Below are positions 33,022-41,050 of a stretch of DNA of 64,000 nucleotides, piece after piece (the first letter of the stretch is position 1; each line of letters starts with the position of its first letter). Source of the stretch: an uncultured Myxococcia bacterium. GTDB lineage: Bacteria; Myxococcota_A; JAVEVO01; CAYZFJ01. A program made the position numbers and the translations under genes. The stretch covers positions 11,380-75,379 of the forward strand of contig CAYZFJ010000001.1 of assembly GCA_964477705.1 (NCBI GenBank), given 5' to 3'. The notes beneath the pieces were generated by a model. The model was not told the origin of the DNA, ran no database searches, and saw only the letters and a program-made list of their open reading frames with translations.

Positions 33022-33094
33022 GTCCAGGAACACTTAACAAATTATCACATTAACGCACAAACAAAGGCCCCGCCCGAGGACGAGGCTCATAAAG

Positions 33095-33167
33095 AGCGGG
33101 AAACGGGACTCGAACCCGCGACATCCAGCTTGGAAGGCTAGCGCTCTACCAACTGAGCTATTCCCGC
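33095..33167 (-). tRNA. tRNA-Gly (anticodon TCC)
   Basis: GCGGGAATAGCTCAGTTGGTAGAGCGCTAGCCTTCCAAGCTAG...GGTTCGAGTCC. Confidence 0.85.
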
Positions 33168-33177
33168 AACATTATAG

Positions 33178-33259
33178 TGGAGGGAGAAGGATTCGAACCT
33201 TCGAAAGCTGAGCTGGCAGATTTACAGTCTGCTCCCTTTAGCCACTCGGGAATCCCTCC
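33178..33259 (-). tRNA. tRNA-Tyr (anticodon GTA), long variable arm
   Basis: GGAGGGATTCCCGAGTGGCTAAAGGGAGCAGACTGTAAATCTGC...GGTTCGAATCC. Confidence 0.85.
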
Positions 33260-33296
33260 ATATCATAGATTAGTTATTTTTCAAAGGCCGAATTAG

Positions 33297-33368
33297 AGCT
33301 GGCGATGGGATTCGAACCCGCAACCCCCTGATTACAAATCAGGTGCTCTACCGTTGAGCTACGCCAGC
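33297..33368 (-). tRNA. tRNA-Thr (anticodon TGT)
   Basis: GCTGGCGTAGCTCAACGGTAGAGCACCTGATTTGTAATCAGGG...GGTTCGAATCC. Confidence 0.85.
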
Positions 33369-33429
33369 GCTCGGCGGTTTCCTCGTTTCAGAACATACCA
33401 ATCCGGTCGTTCCTCGAACTTGGAAGCAT

Positions 33430-33465
33430 GTATATTTAATGGCCATCAATCTTGGAGTCAAGAAC
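33430..33465 (-). promoter_or_regulatory. Candidate sigma70-type promoter for the tRNA-tuf operon
   Basis: On minus strand TTGACT - 18 nt - TAAATA about 60 nt upstream of first tRNA. Confidence 0.25.
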
Positions 33466-33499
33466 TTTTTAAGGAAGCTGCAAAAAGTCAAAAACTTTG

Positions 33500-34105
33500 T
33501 CACAAACAATCTGAGGAGCCCAGCCCCTGCCGGATCACATCAGGTGCTTCACCCAGGAGGCTGACAACTGTGGTGTACCCGCCCTGGAGAAGGCCCCCAT
33601 CTATGACCACTTCTACGGAATTGCTGAATGCCTCGTTCACCTCATATGGGTCGGCCATAGGTGGATCTTCACCGAATTGTGCAGTTCCGCTAACCAGCGG
33701 CCGTCCAAGCTCTTTTACTATGGCCAGGCAGATGGGGTTGTCTGGAATGCGCACGCCCACCTCTCGGCGCTTGGGGATGAGTGTCTTAGGGACGGTTGGC
33801 GTAGCCGGCAGAATAAAAGTATATGGTCCGGGCAGGCACCCTCTAAGTGTGCGAAACGCCTGGTTGTTGATGACAGCGTACCTGGCAATCATCTCTATGT
33901 CTGCGCAGATCAAGGTGAGGGGCTTGCCGCTTCCCCGTTTTCTGACCCCATATACCCGATCGTGGGATTTTCGCTGTTCGATATCACACCCGATGGCATA
34001 GGATGTATCGGTGGGGTATGCAATTACTCCCCCCTGTTTCAGGGTTTCCACCACTTTGGCTATTGTTCTGGGCTGGGGATGTGCTTGGTTTATTTCCAGT
34101 AACAT
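33500..34105 (-). CDS. tsaC: L-threonylcarbamoyladenylate synthase (YrdC/Sua5 family)
   Basis: 201 aa; YPTDTSYAIGCD N-terminal motif of YrdC fold. Confidence 0.7.
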   Translation of the reverse strand: MLLEINQAHPQPRTIAKVVETLKQGGVIAYPTDTSYAIGCDIEQRKSHDRVYGVRKRGSGKPLTLICADIEMIARYAVINNQAFRTLRGCLPGPYTFILPATPTVPKTLIPKRREVGVRIPDNPICLAIVKELGRPLVSGTAQFGEDPPMADPYEVNEAFSNSVEVVIDGGLLQGGYTTVVSLLGEAPDVIRQGLGSSDCL

Positions 34106-34422
34106 CAGGGCAACTCTATTCTTGAACCTTGGGTTTTCTTGCGGAAGAGGATGATCACTCTGCCGACCTGGCCGATTATGGAGGAATTGGTAGCCTGCTT
34201 GAGAACTTCGGCTACCTGATCCCTGTCTTCGGGAGAAGATTCCAGGACTTTCACCTTGATTAGTTCCCGTGCTTCAAGAGCTTCTTCTGTACTCTTGATC
34301 ACCCCTTCGTCAATCCCCCCTTTGCCAACCTGCACTACGGGCTTGATCTGGTGCGCCAGGCCTTTAAGATATTGGCGCTGCCTTGTATTTATTAAATTAT
34401 CTTCCAACATTTTTATCCTCAC
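34105..34422 (-). CDS. yhbY: Ribosome assembly RNA-binding protein YhbY (CRS1/YhbY domain)
   Basis: 105 aa; LKGLAHQIKPVVQVGKGGI conserved core. Confidence 0.7.
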   Translation of the reverse strand: MRIKMLEDNLINTRQRQYLKGLAHQIKPVVQVGKGGIDEGVIKSTEEALEARELIKVKVLESSPEDRDQVAEVLKQATNSSIIGQVGRVIILFRKKTQGSRIELP

Positions 34423-34876
34423 CCTATCGGGAATCAGGAATGGGCCGGTTAACCGTCCGGGTGGCGGTGATATCCAGGGAATACTGCCTGGAACTTGATC
34501 CCAGTTGTTTTGGCTCGTTATCAGGTATCACTACGTTCGAATCTGCACTCGAATCTCAGTCAGCAACTGTTGCACCAGTCTGAGTCTATACAACGTCTCG
34601 TGTTGATTCAGTATCGGATTAGCTCCGGTCCCTTGTGCCGTGCCATTGGCGTGTGGTTGTGTTATGCGCCCATGATGGGTGGAGCCACACTGATTCCCCA
34701 TTCCCATGAAAATATGGTCTGCCGGATGCCATTGGGTAGTTCTGGCTGGGCTAGTTTGCACAATTCCCTTTGAGCTTCAGGCACCTGCTCTGCTGTTTTC
34801 AGGTTGCCGTCCATCATGGGGTATATGGGGTATCTGGTGCCCTGCCTGTCTAAAGGCGGGAGCAGAACGCATGAAA

Positions 34877-36373
34877 TTAGAGCACAGTACTATACAAGTC
34901 AACAGGCAATTGTCGCTTAATGAAGTCTATAGCCCACTGGATTTCTTCTAAGACCTGGACGTCATGTTCTGCTGCGAGGGCCTTGTGAAGGGCCTCAAGG
35001 CTTCTGTTACCGCCTGACATGCCAATGGCCCATGCCCCATGGAGACGAACAATGGGTTCTCTGTCTTCCAGGAGACAGCGGATAGCAAGGGGGAGGTGGT
35101 GGTCTGGGTCTTTCCCGTTACCCATGCAGATCAGGATGTTTCGTTTCAGTCTGGCCAAGCCGGTGCGCTTTATGGGGGTGTCGGCGAATTCACTGGTGAA
35201 CTGCTCCTGGCTCATAAACAGATGGTTGGCTGTCAGGTTTGTGTGTCCGGTGATTGGCTCTAACCCGGGAGCAATGGGCCATGGATGTGATTGGAAGAGG
35301 GCCGCCGCTCGCTGGTTAGACGGGCAGATTTCCTGGCAGATGTCGCAGCCGAACACGTGTTGCCCTATGGCTGGGCGCAGTTCCCTGGGTATGATTCCTT
35401 TAAACTCAATGGTCAGGTAGGCGATGCACTTGCGGGCATCAACTATTCCAGGACTGATGATGGCTGAGGTTGGGCAGGCTTTGAGGCATCTATTACATTT
35501 AATACATGCGATACGATCGTGTTGGTTGTGTTGGTCGCATTGGTTGCGTGGGGCGGGCAAGGGGGATGAGCGGGATGAGGGGGAGGGAGATGAGGGGGAG
35601 GGGGCGGCGGTGTGTGCGGGGTGCGCAGGGGGTATGGGGGGCTCTGTCTGGTGTTGTGTAGCAGGCTGGGTGTTGTCTTGAGAGGGGGCGGGAAAGAATG
35701 GTCCAGCGGGGTCCATGGCCAGAGTGGTAATGATGGTGGCCAAGAAGACGCTGGTTCCGTAAATGGGGTGGTGGAGTAAAGCAGAATAGCCCCACTCTCC
35801 CAGACCAGCACGGATTGCCCATGCCCTCTCCAGTACTGGCCCAGCATCACACCACCCATGGTGGATGTGGTCGGGAGCCATGTTGCGGAGCAAGCCCAAC
35901 AGGGTATCCAGTTTGTCGCCAATGACCTGGTGGTAGTCTTTGCCCCGAGCGTATGTGGCAACCTGGAACGAGCCCGATACGGTTGTGGGAGTGGTGTTTG
36001 GTGGTGTGGACAAACCCGCTGAGTCATGCTCAATGATTGGGCCATAGGGGAGAGCCAGGCTGATCACAGACCCGGTGTTGCCGATGAGTTGCCGGGGATC
36101 CTGCCTGATAGCCAGGCTCCTCTCCATGAATCTCATCTCGGCACCACAGCCAGCCTCCAGCCACTGTTTCAGCCTATTCTCTCCGTCTATGGCATCCACC
36201 TTGCAGATGCCTACGCTAAAACCCAGATTCAGAGCCTCTTGTGTGATGGTGTGGGAGGTGGGGGGTTGAGTTTGGGGTTGGGGTTGGGTGAGTGGATTGA
36301 GCATTGGCTGCTCTTCTTCGCATGTGGAGTCCGATTGGTTGGTGGTGTTTCTCTCTGGGGTTGTGATCTTCAT
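34877..36373 (-). CDS. queG: Epoxyqueuosine reductase QueG with low-complexity P/T/Q/S-rich insertions and C-terminal HEAT-like repeats
   Basis: Two 4Fe-4S Cys clusters (CIKCNRCLKACP, CDICQEICP), C-terminal PIVRLHGAWAIG HEAT motif; start set to ATG 36373 (MKITTPERN). Confidence 0.75.
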   Translation of the reverse strand: MKITTPERNTTNQSDSTCEEEQPMLNPLTQPQPQTQPPTSHTITQEALNLGFSVGICKVDAIDGENRLKQWLEAGCGAEMRFMERSLAIRQDPRQLIGNTGSVISLALPYGPIIEHDSAGLSTPPNTTPTTVSGSFQVATYARGKDYHQVIGDKLDTLLGLLRNMAPDHIHHGWCDAGPVLERAWAIRAGLGEWGYSALLHHPIYGTSVFLATIITTLAMDPAGPFFPAPSQDNTQPATQHQTEPPIPPAHPAHTAAPSPSSPSPSSRSSPLPAPRNQCDQHNQHDRIACIKCNRCLKACPTSAIISPGIVDARKCIAYLTIEFKGIIPRELRPAIGQHVFGCDICQEICPSNQRAAALFQSHPWPIAPGLEPITGHTNLTANHLFMSQEQFTSEFADTPIKRTGLARLKRNILICMGNGKDPDHHLPLAIRCLLEDREPIVRLHGAWAIGMSGGNRSLEALHKALAAEHDVQVLEEIQWAIDFIKRQLPVDLYSTVL

Positions 36374-36835
36374 GTGGTGGAGCTCTGCCTGTAACTTGAA
36401 AACACTGTGATAACTGGAGCCAGGCTGATTATTGACTGGAAGAAAGGCCAAGGTCAAATAGGCTACTGTATCACTTATCGAAACAGCGCATTCTTTATTG
36501 TTAAATATCTGGATAAAAAGATGAACAAAATTATTTAGTCGGTTAATATATGTGGAATTGTAAACTCGCAATATTCATGCGAGGCCCTCAGCCATGGTAT
36601 CTCACCCCGTGTGAAGTGGCAGGAGGCTCTGTCGGCGCCTGAAATGGCCCAGTGAGTGGTTTCCTGTTGCAGACCGAGTTGTGATTATTGAGGCCAAAGG
36701 TTGCCCCATGATTTTTTGTGGGGTATTGTTCGCTTTGTGGGTAATTTTACATGCTTGAATTTGGCTGTGCGGAATGGGATTCCGGCAGTGTCTGGAGGTT
36801 GCCGCTTGCGTAATCCAATTGGCAGTAGAATTTGC

Positions 36836-38290
36836 ATGTCAGCTCTAGTCCTGGCGTTTATCGCGTCTTGGGCGTGTACCAAGCCTAATCCAGCATGGGT
36901 TGGCTTGATTGACGATCTCGACTCGGGCAAGGATGACTCCGGCATTTCTGACGGTGGATTAGAGGATGTTGGCTGGGTGGAGGATACAGGCTCCGATCAG
37001 GACACGGGAACCGATGTGGGAGAGCGGCCAGACAGTGACGTGATTGTGGGCTTCCGTCTTGATGCACCTGCTGAGATCGCTGAAGACGAAGAATTCCTCA
37101 TGAAGGTTATCCCCATAAACCCATATGGTGAGGATATTGGCGGGTTCCGGGGCGATGTGACCATCACTGGTAATTGGGGTAATGTGGGCTGCTTCGATGA
37201 GCCTTCCAATGGAGTAGTTGGAAGGGTAGCTCCTGCATCTTTGCGGATCGAGAGCAAGACTGCAGAGGGCGCCAGTCTGTATTGCACTCTGAATCGGGCC
37301 GGTGCGGTCTCGGTGGTAGTGACCAATGTGGGGCGTGATCCTGGGGTGGCTGAGATTACTGTGGTTCCCAGAGCATGGGAGGCTGTTTATACGGTTCCTG
37401 TGTTTTCTGTAGGGGCTGCTGGTAGCTGGGATGCGGCAAGCGTACGTCATCCGTCTATCCTGGCTGAACCAGGTGACCAATTCCGTATGTTTTATGCGGG
37501 AAGTGGTGGCAACGGTAAGTATCGTATTGGTGTCTCCGCTCTGACGGACAGTCTTAACCGCTGGGAGCGCAACTCTAATGATAAGCCGGCCCTTGATGTG
37601 TCGGATGAGGACGACTCATTTCTGCGGCCCATGGTAGTGAAGGATGTCTCTGGCTACCACATGTGGCATACCCGGGAGAGGGCCGATGGATACACCTACA
37701 TCTCCACGGCTTATGCTCACCTGTCAGGTAATCTTGCTTTTGTGACCCGAGTAAATGAAGAGGGGAAGTTGGAACCCTTTAATGAAGGGGCTAATCCTGA
37801 AACATCTGTTTACTCACCATTCATGTTGAGGGAATCCGGTCAGTCCAAGTTGTGGTATGTCACCATGGGCAACTCGGGTGTCGCCAATATTAGTTTCGCC
37901 ACTACCTACAGCTTCCCCTGGACATGGCAGGTCAGCAACAGCAATCCCGTGCTGGTACCTGACATCGGGCGGTGGGAGATGTCAGGGCTAGATACTCCTG
38001 CGGTCATCAAGGTGGGGTCGGTTTATCGTATGTGGTATGTATCTAAGGTGGCTGAGCCTGGGAAGCCTGTCCGGGATGCTATCGGTTATGCCACCTCTGT
38101 CGATGGAGTGGAATGGACCAAGGTGGGCAATGGCCCGGTGTTTACAACCGGCCATGGTGGGGGAGGATTCGACGCTATCGGCGTTGCAGACCCATTTGTC
38201 ATCTCCGTTGATGGCAAGCTAATCATGTTCTATGCAGGGTATAATGGTAGCAAGTGGGAGATTGGCATGGCTCAACAGGTGGTTGACTGA
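36836..38290 (+). CDS. Secreted lipoprotein with five-bladed beta-propeller glycoside-hydrolase-like repeats (GH43/GH130-like)
   Basis: Lipobox SWAC; repeated blades W-D...P..I....Y.M.Y.G. Confidence 0.45.
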   Translation: MSALVLAFIASWACTKPNPAWVGLIDDLDSGKDDSGISDGGLEDVGWVEDTGSDQDTGTDVGERPDSDVIVGFRLDAPAEIAEDEEFLMKVIPINPYGEDIGGFRGDVTITGNWGNVGCFDEPSNGVVGRVAPASLRIESKTAEGASLYCTLNRAGAVSVVVTNVGRDPGVAEITVVPRAWEAVYTVPVFSVGAAGSWDAASVRHPSILAEPGDQFRMFYAGSGGNGKYRIGVSALTDSLNRWERNSNDKPALDVSDEDDSFLRPMVVKDVSGYHMWHTRERADGYTYISTAYAHLSGNLAFVTRVNEEGKLEPFNEGANPETSVYSPFMLRESGQSKLWYVTMGNSGVANISFATTYSFPWTWQVSNSNPVLVPDIGRWEMSGLDTPAVIKVGSVYRMWYVSKVAEPGKPVRDAIGYATSVDGVEWTKVGNGPVFTTGHGGGGFDAIGVADPFVISVDGKLIMFYAGYNGSKWEIGMAQQVVD

Positions 38291-38464
38291 CCGCAACTGT
38301 ATGACCGGCTATCTCTCTATCATCTATGATCACAGGTGGCAGCAGCATTGCTTGTCATGTCCTTCTGTGTAAATGAATACCTTTACAGGATCGATTGGCT
38401 GTAGTTGCCCATATTAGATGGTAGATGGGTAACCTAAATTTTTTCTGAATCGGAATCACCATAC

Positions 38465-39211
38465 ATGTCCAGTATATCAAGAGATGTCTCAGGGGCGGCC
38501 AGTACGAAGAAAAACAGAGAGTATTACGACGAATTCAGCAAGACCTATGAGCGGGAACGGCACCAAGGCTACCACGCCCTCCTGGATCAGATGGAGCTGG
38601 TTGAGGCTCTGCCATGGTGCCGTGGTGCTGATGTGCTTGAGGTGGGGTGTGGGACGGGTCTGATCCTGCGTGAGATTACACCTGTTGCGAAAACTGCTGT
38701 GGGCCTGGATATCTCCAGGCAAATGCTGGCAGGTGCACGGGACCGCGGGCTTGATGTGCTCCAGGGCAGCGCATCTCAGTTGCCATTTGCTGATGGATCC
38801 TTCGATATGGTGGTTTCCTTCAAGGTGCTGGCCCATGTGCGTGAGATCCAGAAGGCGATGGATGAGATGGTCCGGGTCACCAGGCCTGGAGGTAGGCTCA
38901 TACTGGAGTTTTATAACCCGCGGAGCTTAAGGTATCTGGGTAAAAAGGTGCGATCAGGGATGATCTCTGAGACCACATCTGAGGCGGCTGTTTATACCAG
39001 GTGGGATACCATAGGTGATCTGCAGAAGCTCCTGCCCCCTTCAGTAACCCTTGAGAGGGTGCGTGGTCTGAGGATTTTCACTCCATTTGCCTTTATCCAT
39101 AAGGTTCCAGTTCTGGGAGCAGTCCTCGCAGGGATGGAGAAGATGGCGGTTGGTGGGCCTCTGCGGCGTTTTGGCGGGTTTATGGTGCTTCATCTGCATA
39201 AGCAAGCATAG
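38465..39211 (+). CDS. Class I SAM-dependent methyltransferase
   Basis: VLEVGCGTGL motif I, downstream acidic motif II/III. Confidence 0.7.
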   Translation: MSSISRDVSGAASTKKNREYYDEFSKTYERERHQGYHALLDQMELVEALPWCRGADVLEVGCGTGLILREITPVAKTAVGLDISRQMLAGARDRGLDVLQGSASQLPFADGSFDMVVSFKVLAHVREIQKAMDEMVRVTRPGGRLILEFYNPRSLRYLGKKVRSGMISETTSEAAVYTRWDTIGDLQKLLPPSVTLERVRGLRIFTPFAFIHKVPVLGAVLAGMEKMAVGGPLRRFGGFMVLHLHKQA

Positions 39212-39376
39212 AGCGGCAGCAAGGGGCAAGGTGAAATCACCTCTGCCTCTGCACGGGCACGGCATGCCTGAGAAGTTGTCAGTGGGCAGTGGGCAGTGGG
39301 CAAAGTTCAAGGGAGTCACCTCAGCCTCTATAGGGGTAGGGAGAACCGGTTATTACCCCGGTCCCCCCTCCCAACG

Positions 39377-39427
39377 CCTGTACGGGCACGGCATGCCGTG
39401 CCCTTCGTCAGCGGTGCACCTAACCAG
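39377..39427. repeat. REP-like palindromic element copy (core 39384-39403); degenerate half-copy at 39251-39272
   Basis: CTCCCAACGCCTGTACGGGCACGGCATGCCGTGCCCTTCGTCAGCGGTGCACCTAACC. Confidence 0.7.
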
Positions 39428-39470
39428 CCGCAAAGCCACTCTCCAAACTCTACTTCTTCCAATTCTTGTC

Positions 39471-39731
39471 TCACTGTCCGACCATACCCAAAACTACAGA
39501 GCTGAATCTGACCACCTGGTCTCCAATCCATGGTGCGGCAAGGATCAGGGCAACTAGCCCGGCAATGGTCCGTGATAGGGGAGAGAGGCCGGAATCGTTA
39601 ACTCTGAACACCCGGCCAAGTAGCGAAATGGCCAACCCAGCCACCATGGAGGCTATGATTACCGGCAGGGATAACACCAGCACAAGCAGCAGTCCTTCCA
39701 TAACGATTTCCGTGAGCTGCTCAGGGAGCAT
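39471..39731 (-). CDS. FliQ/SctS-family-like small 2-TM membrane protein (orphan)
   Basis: 86 aa, two TM helices, central L-S-P-L loop and AAPW motif aligning with FliQ/SctS; strong AAAGGAG RBS. Confidence 0.4.
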   Translation of the reverse strand: MLPEQLTEIVMEGLLLVLVLSLPVIIASMVAGLAISLLGRVFRVNDSGLSPLSRTIAGLVALILAAPWIGDQVVRFSSVVLGMVGQ

Positions 39732-40364
39732 GTGAAGCTCCTTTACTGTTGGGGATGTTGGTTCATTCCCCCCGCCGAGTCAATGCCGCCACCCACCTCA
39801 CCACCACCAGACCATGGGGTATCTGCGCATGAGGGTCTGCAACTCGCTGCGCCTTACTGGGGTTACGCCGTCAGCAATCTGCGATGCACCGATCCCTCTC
39901 CTGACCAAGTCCTCTCGCAGAACCAGTATCTCTTCCGCTTCCCATGCGCGCAATCCAGGAAGGAATCGCTCCAGGGACCATTCGGAGGCTGTACCCGTCA
40001 GCAGGATGGTGAGCCTTCTCTCTTCTCTGGAAACAATGGAGAGCATGGCAGACATGAGCAGGGGAAGCATATTCCGATCCCATGGCAGCAGGTTCTCAAG
40101 GACGAGGAGCATTGCGGTTCGTTTATGGGGCTTCATTGGTCTCAACCATCCTGTGCCTGTCATCCAGCCGACCAGTCAGGCAGCAACCCAGGTCGCCTTG
40201 TAGTAATCAGTTATACTGAGCTCTGCTTCCATCTACTTCCATCTACTTCCCTCTGCTTTATGTCGCTTCGCTCTGCTTTGTCGTGGGCAAGCCAAGGCAA
40301 GTCGAGCTAAGCCAAGCCATGCCTTATCTTGGCTATTTAAGATCGCTTTAAAGAGAGGGGCCTT

Positions 40365-40697
40365 TCATGGGTGCCAAATCATTAAAGATGCAGCCTCACC
40401 CTCTAAGGCTTGTTCTTGAACGTCCAGTATCTGGGCGATGGAGCCGGACTTTACTGATACTCCCGCCTCTCCATCGCACCGGGCTTGGAGCGCCGCCATG
40501 GAAGGGATGCCTGATTGCATCTGCGACCCCCTGTTCTCGTTTGGATTTATGTCAAACAAGTTGTGAAGCAGAACCTCTACCTTGGCTCCCTGTTGGGCGG
40601 CAGCGGCGGCGAGCTCGCCGATGAAGGCGCCCGCTTCGCTGCGGGATGGACCGAGACAGCCAGAGATAATCAGTTTGTCGAATTCAACGTATGCCAT
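40365..40697 (-). CDS. DsrF/TusC-like sulfur-relay family protein (start MAYVEF, 14-nt overlap with upstream gene)
   Basis: 111 aa; KVEVLLHNLFDINP pattern; paired with DsrE-like gene. Confidence 0.4.
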   Translation of the reverse strand: MAYVEFDKLIISGCLGPSRSEAGAFIGELAAAAAQQGAKVEVLLHNLFDINPNENRGSQMQSGIPSMAALQARCDGEAGVSVKSGSIAQILDVQEQALEGEAASLMIWHP

Positions 40698-41019
40698 GCC
40701 ATACCGCCTTACAGCCTTGTAGCAGGTATTGGGCCACAATTTGGGGAGTGCCCTCCTCGATTCCGGGAGGCAGGTCACCTCGGTTCATACCCCGGTTCTC
40801 CATGGATTCATTATCCGCAAGAATAATCACCCCCATATCGGACATGGCTTTGACCCGATCCCGGTAAGGTCCTCCCCTGAGAGGGGTTACACCGTCGCAG
40901 ACCAGGTAAAGAATTACCTTCTCTCCCTCCATCGCCAGCCCGGCGGCCATGTCGAAGAATTGGTCCACGGCCCTGTTCTCGGTGGCGGAGCTTGGTTCAA
41001 ACAATAAGTATCTTCTCAT
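40684..41019 (-). CDS. DsrE/TusD-like sulfur-relay family protein
   Basis: 111 aa; KVILYLVCDGV pattern of DsrE/DsrF/YchN fold. Confidence 0.45.
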   Translation of the reverse strand: MRRYLLFEPSSATENRAVDQFFDMAAGLAMEGEKVILYLVCDGVTPLRGGPYRDRVKAMSDMGVIILADNESMENRGMNRGDLPPGIEEGTPQIVAQYLLQGCKAVWHGIR

Positions 41020-41050
41020 AAATTAGGTGTGATCCCCGCAGGGGTGGATT

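Noticed and set aside
39732-40310. 192-aa plus-strand ORF opposite the fliQ-like gene and the 121-aa ORF
   Set aside because: No RBS or recognisable domains and Cys/Trp/His-rich junk-like composition; overlaps minus-strand genes that have RBSs
40200-40320. Short direct repeats (catctacttc x2; ctctgcttt x2; gccaag.. x3) upstream of the DsrE/F pair
   Set aside because: Very short and imperfect; could be promoter-region simple sequence, no further support
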